DNA from: Solirubrobacterales bacterium
GTDB taxonomy: Bacteria > Actinomycetota > Thermoleophilia > Solirubrobacterales > JBBDJG01
Direction of reading: 5' to 3'
NCBI GenBank assembly: GCA_038330145.1
Contig: JBBQNR010000006.1
Span: 2,773-66,772, forward strand
Length of the DNA: 64,000 nucleotides
Below the pieces are notes generated by a model. It ran no database searches and was not told where the DNA came from. It was given only the letters and a program-made list of their open reading frames with translations. Shown one piece after another: positions 1 through 11,167 of the stretch. The stretch's first letter is position 1, and every line of letters starts with the position of its first letter. The position numbers were made by a program, and so were the translations under genes.

Positions 1-19
1 GTGTCGCGATCCCTGATCG

Positions 20-835
20 ATGAGTGAGCTTGAAGCCATCGTGCTCGGGATCGTGCAGGGGCTGACCGAGTTCCTGCCGATCTCCAGCACCGCCCACCTG
101 CGGATCGTGCCCGCCTTTCTGGGCTGGGACGATCCGGGCGCCGCCTTCACCGCCGTCACGCAGCTCGGCACGATGGCGGCCGTGCTGGTCTACTTCCGCC
201 ACGACCTGCTGCGTATCGCGCGCGCGTGGCTCGCCAGCATCACCAAGCCGCAGCTGCGTGGCGAGCTCGATGCCAGGCTCGGCTGGTACATCCTGCTGGG
301 CACGATCCCGATCGGGATCTTCGGGCTCGCGTTCAAGGACCAGATCGAGAGCGGTGCGCGATCCCTGTACCTGATCGGCAGCACGCTGATCGTGCTCGGG
401 CTCGTGCTGCTGTGGGCTGAGAAGGTCGCCGCTCACGATCGCGACCTGCGCAGCCTCAACCGCCGGGACGCGACCGCGATCGGCTTCGCGCAGGCGCTGG
501 CACTCGTTCCGGGCGTCTCGCGCTCTGGCGCGACGCTGACGGCCGGGCTATTCATGGGCCTGGACCGTCTCTCGGCCGCGCGCTACTCGTTCCTGCTGTC
601 GGTGCCGGCGGTGGTGATGAGCGGCCTGTTCGAGCTTCGCGACGCCGTGCACGGCACCGGCGCCAGCGCGTCCGGCACGCTGCTGGCGACGGTCTGTGCG
701 TTCATCGTCGGCTACGCCTCGATCGCGCTCCTGCTGCGCTTCCTGGTCACGCACACGACGAAGGTGTTCGTTGGCTACCGCGTGCTGCTCGGCACCACCG
801 TCCTGATCCTGGTCAGCACCGGCGCAATCAGCTAA
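20..835 (+). CDS. uppP: Undecaprenyl-diphosphate phosphatase (BacA/UppP)
   Basis: Motifs GIVQGLTEFLPISSTAH and PGVSRSGAT; multiple TM helices. Confidence 0.95.
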   Translation: MSELEAIVLGIVQGLTEFLPISSTAHLRIVPAFLGWDDPGAAFTAVTQLGTMAAVLVYFRHDLLRIARAWLASITKPQLRGELDARLGWYILLGTIPIGIFGLAFKDQIESGARSLYLIGSTLIVLGLVLLWAEKVAAHDRDLRSLNRRDATAIGFAQALALVPGVSRSGATLTAGLFMGLDRLSAARYSFLLSVPAVVMSGLFELRDAVHGTGASASGTLLATVCAFIVGYASIALLLRFLVTHTTKVFVGYRVLLGTTVLILVSTGAIS

Positions 836-842
836 CGGGCCA

Positions 843-1754
843 CTAGACGTCAGGGGGCGGGAAGTACTCCGCCGCGACCAGCTTGCCGTCGTCGAAGCTG
901 AGCGCCCACACGCTGGCCTTCTTGGAACGCTGCGGATCCGGCAACTCGACGCCGCCCTCCTTCGCCAGCCGCTCGACCATCTCCGGCACGACCACCCGCT
1001 GGCTGCACACCGCCACCGCCTGCTCGTGGTCGCCGAGGTCGCGAATCGCGTTGACCGCGTCCTGCTCGTGGCCGGGAAACCCTTCCTCGGAGAGCAGCGG
1101 CTGCTCCTCGATCTCGACCCCCAGTGAGTCGGCCGCCGGTTGAAGTGTCTGCACGCAGCGCAGGTAATCGGCCGAGACGAGGCGCTGCACGTCGAAGCGC
1201 GACAGCAGCCGCACCAGCTCGTCCGCCTGGTCGCTGCCGATTTCGTCCAGCGGTCGCAGGCGGTCGTCACCCTTCCACTTGTCGCGGTCGCCGGCGCTTG
1301 CGTGCCGCACCAGCAGCACCGTGCCCGTGCGAACGGGGCCGGAGGCGAAGCGCTCCAGCACCTCGCGGTCGCTGGGTCGCGTCAGAAGCGCATCGGCTCC
1401 GTCCGGCGACACCCACATCAGCTCATCGACCTCTCTGTTGGGGGCGAATGCTCCGGCCACCGCACGCATCGCCCAGTAACGGACCACCTTCTCGCGCGAG
1501 CGCCCGTTGGAGCTCTTCAGGTAATGCACCTCTCCCAGCCCTCGGCCGGGCCGCACCCGGTAGCCGGTCTCCTCGAACACCTCGCGCAGGGCCCCTTCCA
1601 ACTCCGACTCTCCGGAGGCAAGCTTGCCCTTGGGGATGCTCCAGTCGTCGTAGCGCGGGCGATGGATGAGCGCGACCTCGATCGCCTCGCTGTTGGAGTG
1701 CTCGGCGGCGGTGCGCCAGACGACGCCCCCCGCTGCGCGGATCGGCTTGCTCAC
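843..1754 (-). CDS. NUDIX hydrolase fused to histidine phosphatase domain (MutT1-like)
   Basis: Nudix box GKLASGESELEGALREVFEETG plus RHASAG...RCVQT phosphatase motif; GTG at 1754 overlaps the upstream TGA (GTGA), preferred over the ORF-track start 1817. Confidence 0.88.
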   Translation of the reverse strand: MSKPIRAAGGVVWRTAAEHSNSEAIEVALIHRPRYDDWSIPKGKLASGESELEGALREVFEETGYRVRPGRGLGEVHYLKSSNGRSREKVVRYWAMRAVAGAFAPNREVDELMWVSPDGADALLTRPSDREVLERFASGPVRTGTVLLVRHASAGDRDKWKGDDRLRPLDEIGSDQADELVRLLSRFDVQRLVSADYLRCVQTLQPAADSLGVEIEEQPLLSEEGFPGHEQDAVNAIRDLGDHEQAVAVCSQRVVVPEMVERLAKEGGVELPDPQRSKKASVWALSFDDGKLVAAEYFPPPDV

Positions 1755-3274
1755 GCCCCTTCCTCGTCGCCTGGGCGCATCCAGCGGCGCAGCTCCGGCT
1801 TGTCGAGCTTCTTCCATGCCTTCGGGAAGGAACCACGTGCATGGCGGCCGGTCTGCTCCTCGCGCTCGAGCAAGCGGCCGGCCGCAAGCGCAAAGGTGCC
1901 GTCGGTCGGCCGCGACGTCGCCAGCTCCCGGACCAGGTTGCGAGCCACCACCGAGTCCTGCAGGCCGCCGAGCATGTCCTGCACGGCTGCTGCCCGGCGC
2001 GCGAAACGCGACGCTGTGTGAGACTGGGCCTCGTCGAGCGAAGGCGCCACCGCCTCGGCCGCGTAGCGGGCGCGTTTGGCGAGCTTCCGGACCTCGTGGA
2101 AGTTGTCGTCCGGATCGGCTTGGTCGAGCTCTCGGGCTGCCTTTGCCAAGCGTGACCAGGTACGACGCGCAAGCGGCGGCAGCGCCTCACCGGCCGGCGT
2201 CCAGGCCGCCGTCGTGAGCACCGGGCTGCGAGCCGCCTCCACCAGCGCATCCAGCAGCTCGACATAGCGCTCGCTGCGCAGCGCCGTCAGCAGCGCGGCG
2301 CGGCCGACGAGCTGCTGCTCGTCGAGGTAGCCGAACAGCGGCTCGATCTCGGACTCCAGGCCCTTGGCGTGCTCGCGCAGCAGTTCCTGCATCACATCCA
2401 GGTCGCGAGCCTGCCCGAGCGCGGATCCCAGCCATTGCAGCTCATCGCGCAGCCGCTCCGCCCACGCTTCGTCCAGCAGCGGCGCGAACGTGCGCAGGTC
2501 GCTGCGCAGCCGTCGCGCGCCGACCCGCATCTGGTGCACGGGCTCCACCTCTCCGAGGCGCGCGCCCGGGTCGTTCGTGAAGATGCGCTGTACGCCGCGC
2601 GCGATCGCCGCCTGCACCGCGTATGCGGCGGGTTCGTCGGGACGAAGGTGTGGCGGGGCGATGATGTCGGGCATTCGCGTCGCTCGGGCGCCAAGCGCGC
2701 GCACCACCTTGGGCACAGGACGCGGAGCGGAGGCGCCGGCAGCCTGGAGCACGGCGGCGATGCGCTCGAGGGCCGGGCGGTCGAGAGCCCGGCTCTCCAG
2801 CTCCAGCTCGCGGAAGCGCTCCACGATGCGGCCCTGCTTGATCACGGCAACTCTGTCGTCGACCAGCTCGGCCAGCTCCCTGCCGTCGCTCGAGCGCAGG
2901 CACCAGCGGCGGCGGCGAGTGCGAAGCCGCGCCACCGGCTCCAGCGGGGCCGAACGGACGAACGCCGTCACGAGGTCGCGAGCGCCTGCGGGCACACTTC
3001 CGGCCGGCCCGTCGAAGTGCAGCTCGTCACGACTTGCGCCGTCGTCGCCGAGGACCGGCAGCTTCAGGTGCCAACCCGACTCGTCGCCCTCACCCGTGCG
3101 GTAGCGAAGCGTCGCCCCATGGCGTGCCAACCGCAGGTCGGCGGTGTCGAAGTAGGTCGCGTGCAGGTCGAGCGGCGGAAGCTCCTCCATGCCCGCGACG
3201 TCGACCCCCTCGGGCCGCAGCGCCGGCGTGACGAACGGGTCGTCGACCGAGAGCTTCAGCTCCAGCTCACGCAT
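1751..3274 (-). CDS. CYTH + CHAD domain protein (polyphosphate-binding)
   Basis: N-terminal ExExK (RELELK), YFDTADLRL, ELELE; CHAD motifs VHQMRVGARRLRS, HEVRKLAKRARY, QDMLG. Confidence 0.9.
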   Translation of the reverse strand: MRELELKLSVDDPFVTPALRPEGVDVAGMEELPPLDLHATYFDTADLRLARHGATLRYRTGEGDESGWHLKLPVLGDDGASRDELHFDGPAGSVPAGARDLVTAFVRSAPLEPVARLRTRRRRWCLRSSDGRELAELVDDRVAVIKQGRIVERFRELELESRALDRPALERIAAVLQAAGASAPRPVPKVVRALGARATRMPDIIAPPHLRPDEPAAYAVQAAIARGVQRIFTNDPGARLGEVEPVHQMRVGARRLRSDLRTFAPLLDEAWAERLRDELQWLGSALGQARDLDVMQELLREHAKGLESEIEPLFGYLDEQQLVGRAALLTALRSERYVELLDALVEAARSPVLTTAAWTPAGEALPPLARRTWSRLAKAARELDQADPDDNFHEVRKLAKRARYAAEAVAPSLDEAQSHTASRFARRAAAVQDMLGGLQDSVVARNLVRELATSRPTDGTFALAAGRLLEREEQTGRHARGSFPKAWKKLDKPELRRWMRPGDEEGA

Positions 3275-3292
3275 CGTCGGGGCGCCGGCCGA

Positions 3293-5464
3293 TCAAACCG
3301 CCGGCTCGTTCATCAGCTGCTTCTGATATTCGAGCGCTGGCTCGTCGCCCGGAGTGCGGCGGGTCCAGGTGCCGTCGCCGTCGAGAGCCCACGACGAGAC
3401 GTTGTCCGAGAGCGCGAGCTCGAGCAGGAACCGGAGCTGGCGCTTGAGGTCATCCGAGCTGATCGTCGCCAGCGCCTCGACGCGTCCGTCGAGGTTGCGC
3501 TGCATCATGTCGGGGCTGCCGAAGTAGAACTCCTCGTCGCCGCCGTTCTGGAAGTAGAAGATGCGTGAGTGCTCCAGGAAGCGGCCAAGAATGCTGCGCA
3601 CCCTGATGTTCTTGCTCAACTTCTTGATTCCCGGGCGCAGCACGCAGATGCTCCGCACGAGCAGGTCCACCTTCACGCCCCGCTGCGATGCACGGTAGAG
3701 CGCGTCGACGATCGCCGGGTCGCCGAGGTTGTTGAGCTTCATCACGATCCGGCCCGGCTGCTCCGCCGTGCTGAGCGCGATCTCGCGCTCGATCATCCCG
3801 ATCATGCGGTCCCTCATGCCGAGCGGGGCCACGATCAGCGACTCGTACTCCCTCTTGCGCGAGAAGCCCGTGATGAAGTTGAACAGGTGGCTGACCTCGG
3901 AGCCGAGGCCCTCGTCGGCCGTCAGCAGGCCGATGTCCTCATAGAGGCGGGCGGTGATCGGGTTGTAGTTGCCCGTGCCGACGTGGACGTAGCGCCGCAG
4001 CTCGCTTCCCTCCCGGCGCACGACCAGGCACAGCTTGCAGTGGGTCTTCAGGCCCGCCAGCCCGTAGACGACGTGGCAGCCCGCCTGCTCCAGCGTTCGC
4101 GCCCAGGTGATGTTGGCGCTCTCGTCGAATCGCGCCTTCAACTCCACCAGCACGACGACCTGCTTACCCCGCTCCGCCGCCTCGATCAGGGCGTTCACGA
4201 TCGGGCTGCCGGAGGTGCGGTAAAGGGTCTGCTTGATCGCCAGCACATCGGGATCCGCGGCGGCCTGCTCCACGAAACGTTGCACGCTGGTGGTAAAGGA
4301 CTCGTACGGATGGTGGACGAGCACGTCGCGATCGTGCAGCAGCTCGAACACGTCCATGTCCTCGTCGGTCAGGGCCAGGTCCGGATGGGTGAGGGGGACG
4401 AAAGGAGGGTCCTTGAGGTCCGGCCGGTTCAGCGCATGAAGGGTCCACAGTCCGGAGAGGTCGAGCGGGCCGGGGAGCCGGGTGACGTCGGCGTCCGCCA
4501 GCTCGAGCTCGCTCATCAGCAGCTCCAGCACGTGCTCCGGCATGTTGCGTTCCACCTCGAGGCGGACCGCGGGGCTGAAGCGCTTGCGGCTCAGCTCCTC
4601 CTCCAGGGCCTCCATCAGGTCTGCGGCGCCGTCGTTGATCTCGAGGTCGGCGTTGCGGGTGACCCGGAAGGTGTGGTGCTCTACGACGTCCATGCCGGGG
4701 AAGAGCTGGTGCAGGTTGGCCGCGATCAGGTCCTCCAGCGGCACGTACGCTCGCCCTTCCGCGAACGCCACGAAGCGGGGCAGCGAAGGGGGCACCTTGA
4801 CACGCGCGAAGTGGATGCGCCCGCCCTCCGCGTCGCGAACCAGAACAGCCAGGTTGAGCGACAGGTTGGAGATGAACGGGAACGGCCGTCCGGAATCGAC
4901 GGCGAGCGGAGTCAGCACCGGAAACAGCTCATCGGTGAAGACCTCGTTCAATTCGTCGCGCTGCGCCTCGGTGAGGTCCTCCCAACGCTTGATCTCGATG
5001 CCGGCCCGGGCCAGCTCGGGCATCACGTCGTCGATGAACAGGCTCGCGTGGCGCTGCGCGAGCGGCTCCACCTTGGCCGCGATCGCCGCCAGCTGCTCCG
5101 TCGGAGTGAGCCCGTCGGCGGACTTGCTGACGAGCCCCGCCTCGACCTGTCGCTTGAGGCCGGCCACGCGCACCATGTGGAACTCGTCGAGGTTGCTGGC
5201 GAAGATGGCGAGGAACTTCGCGCGCTCCAGCACCGGCGCGTCGACCTCCTCTGCAAGCGCAAGCACGCGCGCGTTGAAGTCGAGCGACGACAGCTCCCGG
5301 TTCAGGAATCGGTCGGCTGAGCGGGCGGTCGGTTGAGGGGCGGCCTCCGGGTGGCCCGGCGGCGCAGCGATGGGTCCGCTCTTCCCGGCCGCTGCTTTCT
5401 GCTCCGCCACCGATCCCCGCCCGGCGCCCTGCCTCTGGCTGGTGGGCTGCGCTGACAAGTCCAA
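3293..5464 (-). CDS. ppk1: Polyphosphate kinase 1
   Basis: FLNRELSSLDFNARVL, SNLDEF, HHPYESF, ELKARFDE, KTHCK, GTGNYN, GRFLEHSR; exact start uncertain (TTG at 5464 or a downstream GTG). Confidence 0.96.
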   Translation of the reverse strand: MDLSAQPTSQRQGAGRGSVAEQKAAAGKSGPIAAPPGHPEAAPQPTARSADRFLNRELSSLDFNARVLALAEEVDAPVLERAKFLAIFASNLDEFHMVRVAGLKRQVEAGLVSKSADGLTPTEQLAAIAAKVEPLAQRHASLFIDDVMPELARAGIEIKRWEDLTEAQRDELNEVFTDELFPVLTPLAVDSGRPFPFISNLSLNLAVLVRDAEGGRIHFARVKVPPSLPRFVAFAEGRAYVPLEDLIAANLHQLFPGMDVVEHHTFRVTRNADLEINDGAADLMEALEEELSRKRFSPAVRLEVERNMPEHVLELLMSELELADADVTRLPGPLDLSGLWTLHALNRPDLKDPPFVPLTHPDLALTDEDMDVFELLHDRDVLVHHPYESFTTSVQRFVEQAAADPDVLAIKQTLYRTSGSPIVNALIEAAERGKQVVVLVELKARFDESANITWARTLEQAGCHVVYGLAGLKTHCKLCLVVRREGSELRRYVHVGTGNYNPITARLYEDIGLLTADEGLGSEVSHLFNFITGFSRKREYESLIVAPLGMRDRMIGMIEREIALSTAEQPGRIVMKLNNLGDPAIVDALYRASQRGVKVDLLVRSICVLRPGIKKLSKNIRVRSILGRFLEHSRIFYFQNGGDEEFYFGSPDMMQRNLDGRVEALATISSDDLKRQLRFLLELALSDNVSSWALDGDGTWTRRTPGDEPALEYQKQLMNEPAV

Positions 5465-5505
5465 TTAAGGTTAAGTGACGATCAGTGGCTGTGCCAGCGC
5501 CGATT

Positions 5506-5523
5506 GGTGAACAACTGGTGAAC
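5506..5523 (-). promoter_or_regulatory. PHO-box-like direct repeat (GTTCACC x2, 11-bp period) upstream of ppk1
   Basis: ggtgaac at 5506-5512 and 5517-5523; matches the actinobacterial PhoP GTTCA-type 11-nt repeat unit. Confidence 0.7.
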
Positions 5524-5572
5524 GAGCGAGCTGGGACGGGGCCTGAGCCGAGGCCACGACTAGGGTGAGGGG

Positions 5573-6400
5573 ATCGCCAAGCCAGAAACCGGCCCAGAAC
5601 GCCCCACCGTCGCCGAGCTGGCGGGCGCCGCTCGCATCAGCGCGCCCACACGCGGCAACCGCAGGCTGGAGTCACTGCTCGAGGCGGCCAACTCGGACGA
5701 CCAGCTCAAGGGATGGTGGTACGTCGCCCAGGTCAACGCGGACCGTCTGGGCATGTCCGACCACTCCTGGGTACACGTTCAGATCGTCGTCAACATCGCG
5801 CTGCGGTTGCTTCGGCTGCTTCAGCGCAGGGGTGTTGAGACCTCGATGGTGACCGACCACGGCATGAAGCAACGCGACGCCGAGGTCGTCGTGGCGGCAG
5901 CAGCACTGCTGCACGACACCGGCATGTCGATCCATCGCGTGGACCACGAGGCCTACAGCCTCTTCCTCGCGGCTGCCAAGCTCGACCAGCTGCTCGCTGA
6001 GTGCTATACGGAGCCGGTGCGGTCGGTGGTGGCATCGGAGGTGCTGCACGCGGTCATCGCGCACCGTCGCCGCGGTGAGCCAATCACGATCGAGGCGGGC
6101 GTGGTTCGCGTGGCGGATGCGCTGGACATGGCCGAGGGTCGCTCACGCGTTCCCTTTGAGAGCGGTCGACAGAACATTCACTCGCTGTCCGCCGCCGCCA
6201 TCGAGAAGGTGCGAATCGAACCCGGTGAGGAGCGCGCCGTGCAGGTGGAGATCGACATGACCAACTCGGCCGGCATATTCCAGGTCGACGAGCTGCTGGC
6301 GACCAAGCTGCGAGGGTCAGGCCTCGAGGAGCACATCGAGGTGGTGGCCCGGATCGAGTCCGAGCACGAGAAGCGGCTGCTGCCCGTCTTCAGGCTGTAG
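5573..6400 (+). CDS. HD-domain phosphohydrolase
   Basis: DHSWVH, LLHDTG, VADALD motifs; frame open from the TAG at 5561, first ATG only at 5753; 5573 (ATC) is an inferred start. Confidence 0.8.
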   Translation: MAKPETGPERPTVAELAGAARISAPTRGNRRLESLLEAANSDDQLKGWWYVAQVNADRLGMSDHSWVHVQIVVNIALRLLRLLQRRGVETSMVTDHGMKQRDAEVVVAAAALLHDTGMSIHRVDHEAYSLFLAAAKLDQLLAECYTEPVRSVVASEVLHAVIAHRRRGEPITIEAGVVRVADALDMAEGRSRVPFESGRQNIHSLSAAAIEKVRIEPGEERAVQVEIDMTNSAGIFQVDELLATKLRGSGLEEHIEVVARIESEHEKRLLPVFRL

Positions 6401-6560
6401 CCGAATCAGCGCGCGACGCGCTCGGGCGAGAAGCGGTATCCGATAGGGGGCTCCCGGTCTCCTGCGCTGCGGTTCTGAAGCTCGGGATTCACCCTGACGG
6501 AAGCTATGGCCGGCGGAGACGCGGCTGGTGAAGCTTTGGTTACGGCCATGGAAGATCCGG

Positions 6561-7265
6561 TTACCGTGCGGGGCCCGGGAGGTTGTCCGGCGCGGACGCG
6601 TCCGTGAACTCCCGGAACTGGCCGCTGATGACGAACGCGATCTGCTCACCGATGTCGACTGTGTGGTCGCCGATGCGCTCTATGTAGCGCGCTATCAGCA
6701 TCATGTGCGCCGCCCACTCCCTCGTCTCCGGAATGCTGCCGCCGATGTCGATCGCGGCGTTGAAGACCTCGCGATTGAGGCGATCGATGATGTCGTCCTG
6801 CTTGACCAGATCCTCGGCGAGCTCGAGGTTTCGGTCCCGGAACGCGATCTGAGCCTGGCTGATCTGGTCTCGCGCCTGCTGCGCAGCTTTGTCGACGCGC
6901 GTGAAGATTTCCTCTGAGCCAGGTGGGCTCTCCGGTATGAAGTAGACCAGCTTTGCGATGTTCACGCACAGGTCTCCGATCCTCTCTATATGGACGATCG
7001 TGTGCAGCAGCGCTGCCACCAGGCGCAGATCGCTCGCAACCGGAGCCTGCCGGGCCAGCAGGCCAAGAATTCCCTGGTGACTGTCCAGGTAGCGGCCGTC
7101 GACGCGATCGTCTCCGTCGATCACGATCCGGGCCAGTTCCGCGTCGTTCGTGGTCACCGCCTCGATCGCCTGGTCCAGCATCGTCGTGGTGAGGTCGGCA
7201 GTCGAGATGACCTCGTCCTCGAGCTCCCGCAGCTGCTCGTGGAACTCGACTCGTACCTGAGCCAT
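6561..7265 (-). CDS. phoU: Phosphate signalling protein PhoU
   Basis: Two PhoU repeats: QAPVASDLR, ERIGDLCVNIA, ERIGDHTVDI; directly downstream of pstB. Confidence 0.95.
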   Translation of the reverse strand: MAQVRVEFHEQLRELEDEVISTADLTTTMLDQAIEAVTTNDAELARIVIDGDDRVDGRYLDSHQGILGLLARQAPVASDLRLVAALLHTIVHIERIGDLCVNIAKLVYFIPESPPGSEEIFTRVDKAAQQARDQISQAQIAFRDRNLELAEDLVKQDDIIDRLNREVFNAAIDIGGSIPETREWAAHMMLIARYIERIGDHTVDIGEQIAFVISGQFREFTDASAPDNLPGPAR

Positions 7266-7269
7266 CGTC

Positions 7270-8193
7270 TCAGCCCACCCTTCCGGTCACGTAGTCCTCG
7301 GTGCGCTTGCTCTCGGGGTTGGTGAAAATGCTGCCGGTGTCGGCGTACTCGACGATGCGGCCCACCGCCCGGTCGCCGTCGCGAACGTCGGGCATCAGCA
7401 CCGCGGTCATGTCCGACACGCGCGCTGCCTGCTGCATGTTGTGCGTAACGATCACGATCGAGTATTGATCCTTCAGCTCGAGCATCAGGTCTTCGATACG
7501 AGCGGTTGCGATCGGGTCGAGCGCGGAACAGGGCTCGTCCATAAGGATCACGTCGGGCTCGACGGCGAGACAGCGCGCGATGCAGAGCCGCTGCTGCTGG
7601 CCGCCCGAAAGCGAGTAGGCGTTCTCCTTCAGGCGGTCCTTGACCTCGTCCCAGAGGGCGGCTCGCCTCAGCGCCCGCTCGACGATGCCGTCCATGCTGC
7701 CCTTCATCCCGATCACGCGTGGGCCGAAGGCGATGTTGTCGTAGATCGACTTCGGAAACGGATTCGGCTTCTGGAACACCATTCCAATCAGCTTGCGAAC
7801 CTCCACGGGGTCGACCCCAGGCCCGTACAGGTCCTGGCCGTGATAGACGATCGCTCCGCTCACGCTTGCGGCCGGGATCAGGTCATTCATGCGGTTGAAG
7901 CAGCGGATCATGGTGCTCTTGCCGCAGCCCGATGGGCCGATCAGCGAGGTGATGCGCTTGCGCCCGATGTCGAAGCTGATGTCCTCGATCGCCGGCTTGC
8001 CGCCGTACGCGACCGTGAGGTCCTTTACTTCGAAGATCGGCTCGGAGGACATGGGCTTCTCGTTGGACCTACGCTCGGCCAGCACCCGGGGGAGTGCCAG
8101 GGCTCCGTGGGACGTTATGCGCTTCCTCGGCTGAGACTCTAGCGACGGGTCCAACTGCTCCTGCTCGGTTGTCTGCTCTCTCGTCTCTGGCAT
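7270..8193 (-). CDS. pstB: Phosphate ABC transporter ATPase
   Basis: [44 protein letters not shown]; ATG at 8193 preceded by GAGGAG. Confidence 0.96.
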   Translation of the reverse strand: MPETREQTTEQEQLDPSLESQPRKRITSHGALALPRVLAERRSNEKPMSSEPIFEVKDLTVAYGGKPAIEDISFDIGRKRITSLIGPSGCGKSTMIRCFNRMNDLIPAASVSGAIVYHGQDLYGPGVDPVEVRKLIGMVFQKPNPFPKSIYDNIAFGPRVIGMKGSMDGIVERALRRAALWDEVKDRLKENAYSLSGGQQQRLCIARCLAVEPDVILMDEPCSALDPIATARIEDLMLELKDQYSIVIVTHNMQQAARVSDMTAVLMPDVRDGDRAVGRIVEYADTGSIFTNPESKRTEDYVTGRVG

Positions 8194-8198
8194 CTCCT

Positions 8199-9116
8199 CT
8201 ACCACTTTCGCTGGTATCGATTGCGTATCCAGATCGCGAACGCGTTCATCGTCAGCAGCAGCACGAGCAGAACGATGATGGCGGCGGCCGCGAGCAGCTT
8301 GAACTCATCCTGCGGTCGGGTCGTCCAGTTGAAGATCTGAATCGGAAGCGCGGTGAACGGGCTGCTGAGGCCGTCCGGGTTGAAGGGCACGAAGGTCAGT
8401 GCTCCGATCAGGATCAGCGGCGCGGTCTCGCCGATCGCCCGGGACAGCGCAAGGATCGAGCCCGTGGCGATCCCGGGCACCGCCGCCGGCAGCACCTGGC
8501 GGCGGATCATCTGCCAGCGCGTGGCGCCAAGTGCCAGCGCTCCCTCGCGTATCGAGGCAGGCACCGCTCGAATCGCCTCGCGCGCGGAGATGATCACGAT
8601 CGGGAGCACGAGCAGCGTCAGGATCAGCGCTCCGGCCAGCAGCACGCGTCCAAGCGCCAACCCGCGGACAAGGAATGCGAGGCCGAGGATTCCGTACACG
8701 ATCGAGGGAACCGCGGCCAGATTCTGGATGTTGACCTCGATCGCGCGGTTGTACCAGCGGTCCCTGTCCGCGTATTCCTCGAGGTAGATGGCTGCTCCGA
8801 CACCGACCGGGATCGCGAACAACGCGACCAGTCCCATCAGGTAGATGGTCCCGACGATGGGTGACTGGATGCCTGCGTGCGAGGGAATCGACGACGGGAA
8901 TGAGGTTATGAAGTCCCAGCTGAGACGAGACAGCCCGTCGGAGGCAACGTTGACCAGCAGCGCGATCAGGGTTACGAAGCCGATGCCGAGGCTGAACAGC
9001 AGCGCGCCCTTGAAGAGTGCGCTCTTGACGCGGTTGTTGCGCGAGGTGTCGACGAGCCCTCCGCCTCCACCGCCGGTGTCGATGCCCAGCGGAGCGCCCA
9101 TCCCGCCGACGCTCAC
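8199..9116 (-). CDS. pstA: Phosphate ABC transporter permease PstA
   Basis: [37 protein letters not shown]. Confidence 0.95.
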   Translation of the reverse strand: MSVGGMGAPLGIDTGGGGGGLVDTSRNNRVKSALFKGALLFSLGIGFVTLIALLVNVASDGLSRLSWDFITSFPSSIPSHAGIQSPIVGTIYLMGLVALFAIPVGVGAAIYLEEYADRDRWYNRAIEVNIQNLAAVPSIVYGILGLAFLVRGLALGRVLLAGALILTLLVLPIVIISAREAIRAVPASIREGALALGATRWQMIRRQVLPAAVPGIATGSILALSRAIGETAPLILIGALTFVPFNPDGLSSPFTALPIQIFNWTTRPQDEFKLLAAAAIIVLLVLLLTMNAFAIWIRNRYQRKW

Positions 9117-10057
9117 TCGTACACCTGCCGGTACTTGCGCACCAGTCGGATGCTGACCAGGTTCATCAGGAAGGTGGCGATGAACAGCGTGGTGCCGACC
9201 GCAAAGATGGTCTTGTACTCGATGCTGCCGGTCGGCACGTCCCCGATCCCTGTCGCGGCGATGTAGGCGGTCATGGTCTGCACTGCCTCGAAGGGGTTGA
9301 AGCTGCTGTTTGGTTGCGCTCCGGCGGCTATCGCGACGATCATCGTCTCGCCCACCGCGCGAGAGATTCCGAGCACGAACGACGCCACGATTCCCGACAG
9401 TGCCGCCGGCACGACCACCCTGGTCGAGACCTGAAGCTTGTTCGCCCCCAGTCCGTATGCGCCCTCACGCAGCGCCATCGGCACTGCGGTCATGGCGTCG
9501 TCGGAAAGGGAGGCGATGGTCGGGAGGATCATCACTCCCATCACCAACCCGGCGGAGAGAGCATTGAAGACCTCCACCGGCAGGCCGATGTCACCCAGCA
9601 GCGGCGTGACGAAGGTGAGCGCGAAGTAGCCGTAGACGACGGTCGGTATCCCCGCCAGCACCTCCAGCGCCGGCTTCAGGTAGCGGCGGGTGCGGTTGCC
9701 CGCATATTCGGACAGATAGATCGCCGCGCCGAGACCGAACGGCAGCGCGACCACACATGCCCAAAGAGTGGTGCTGAGCGTGCCGATGACGAGCGGCAGA
9801 ACGCCGAAGTGCTGCGGCTTGAACAGCGGCGCCCAGGTGTCGCCGGTGAGGTAGTCGAGCACGCTCACCTCGCCGAAAAATTCGATCGTCGGCTGCAGCA
9901 GCGCCACGAGGATCCCGACCGTGGTCAGTACCGATACGAGCGCGCACAGCAGCAGCAGCAGACGGATGGCGGTCTCGCCATAGCGTTTGCGGCCGGTCAC
10001 GAGCCGGCGCGCCTCAAGCGCGCCGGCTCGTGATGCGACCTGTGAGGCTGCTTCCAA
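9113..10057 (-). CDS. pstC: Phosphate ABC transporter permease PstC
   Basis: [34 protein letters not shown]. Confidence 0.95.
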   Translation of the reverse strand: MEAASQVASRAGALEARRLVTGRKRYGETAIRLLLLLCALVSVLTTVGILVALLQPTIEFFGEVSVLDYLTGDTWAPLFKPQHFGVLPLVIGTLSTTLWACVVALPFGLGAAIYLSEYAGNRTRRYLKPALEVLAGIPTVVYGYFALTFVTPLLGDIGLPVEVFNALSAGLVMGVMILPTIASLSDDAMTAVPMALREGAYGLGANKLQVSTRVVVPAALSGIVASFVLGISRAVGETMIVAIAAGAQPNSSFNPFEAVQTMTAYIAATGIGDVPTGSIEYKTIFAVGTTLFIATFLMNLVSIRLVRKYRQVYE

Positions 10058-11008
10058 CTACGTCTTGCCGGTCAGCTTGGCCAGCTCGTCCTTGGACTGT
10101 TGCGCCTGCGGATCCGTCATCGGCACGAACTTGGCCTGCTCGGCGATCGTGTTGTAGTTCTCGATGTAGTAGTCGACGAACGCTTTCACCTCGGGCCGGG
10201 CGAGTGCCTTCTCCGACGGGTAGATGAAGAGCGGCCGCGAAAGCGGCGTGTAGCTGCCGTCCTGGACCGTTTGCGTGTCGGGCGCGACGCAGCCCTTGCC
10301 GCCGTCGACCTGGAGCGTCTTGACCTTGTCCTTGTTCTCGGTCGCGTAGGAGAGGCCGAAGTAGCCCAGGTTGCCCTTCCCGCCGCCGACGCCCTGGACC
10401 GTGACGTTGTCGTCCTCGGAGGGGCTGTAGTCGGACCTCGAGCGGCCTTCCTCGCCGTTGATCTTGTCGGTGTAGAAGTCGAACGTTCCGGAGTCCGTGC
10501 CTGGACCGAACAGCTTCATCTCCTGGTCGGGATAGCTGGGCTTGACCTGGTTCCAGTTCTTGACGTTGGAGCCCCTGTCCCAGATCTTCCTCAGGTCTGC
10601 TGTCGTGATGCAGTCCACCCAGTCGTTGTCCGGGTTCACGACCACCGCGATGCCGTCGTTGGCGACCTGCAGCTCGTCGTAGGCGATGTTCTCCTTCTTG
10701 CAGTTCTTCACCTCGTCGGGCTCGATCGAGCGCGAGGCGTCGCTGACGTCCGTCTCTCCGGCGCAGAACTTCTCGAAGCCGCCGCCGGTCCCGGAGATGC
10801 CTACCGTGACCTTGACGTCCGGGTTCTGTTGGCGGAACAGCTCGGCGGCGATCTCGGTCAGCGGGCCGACCGTGCTGGATCCGTCGATCGCGATCGTGCC
10901 GGAGAGGTTTCCGGAAGCGCTGCTCGTGTCGTCGCCACCGCAGGCTGCCACAGCCACGGCGAGCGCCAGGGCCGTGATCGCGGCCGGGATGAGGAACCTT
11001 GAGCGCAC
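10058..11008 (-). CDS. pstS: Phosphate-binding lipoprotein PstS
   Basis: Lipobox [42 protein letters not shown]; GTG at 11008 preceded by AGGAGG. Confidence 0.95.
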   Translation of the reverse strand: MRSRFLIPAAITALALAVAVAACGGDDTSSASGNLSGTIAIDGSSTVGPLTEIAAELFRQQNPDVKVTVGISGTGGGFEKFCAGETDVSDASRSIEPDEVKNCKKENIAYDELQVANDGIAVVVNPDNDWVDCITTADLRKIWDRGSNVKNWNQVKPSYPDQEMKLFGPGTDSGTFDFYTDKINGEEGRSRSDYSPSEDDNVTVQGVGGGKGNLGYFGLSYATENKDKVKTLQVDGGKGCVAPDTQTVQDGSYTPLSRPLFIYPSEKALARPEVKAFVDYYIENYNTIAEQAKFVPMTDPQAQQSKDELAKLTGKT

Positions 11009-11098
11009 GTGCGCCCTCCTTTTCTTGTTGCCTGAACTTATGTCCCGGTCAGCCTGACCATCGCCCGCCCCATTCTGGTTAAGACCGCGTAGCCACCG

Positions 11099-11116
11099 TG
11101 TGAACATCCTGTGAAC
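11099..11116 (-). promoter_or_regulatory. PHO-box-like direct repeat (GTTCACA x2, 11-bp period) upstream of pstS
   Basis: tgtgaac at 11099-11105 and 11110-11116; variant ggttaag at 11077-11083 is in phase (22 bp away). Confidence 0.72.
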
Positions 11117-11167
11117 CAGAGTCTCCAGGCCGCGGTTACCTCCGGCCGGCCTTTACACTCGTCTTGG

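Noticed and set aside
3569-5320. Long antisense ORFs (for example 583 aa opposite ppk1; similar ones opposite mce, gap, pgk and uvrC)
   Set aside because: Shadow ORFs expected from high-GC codon bias; the opposite strand carries the recognisable conserved proteins.
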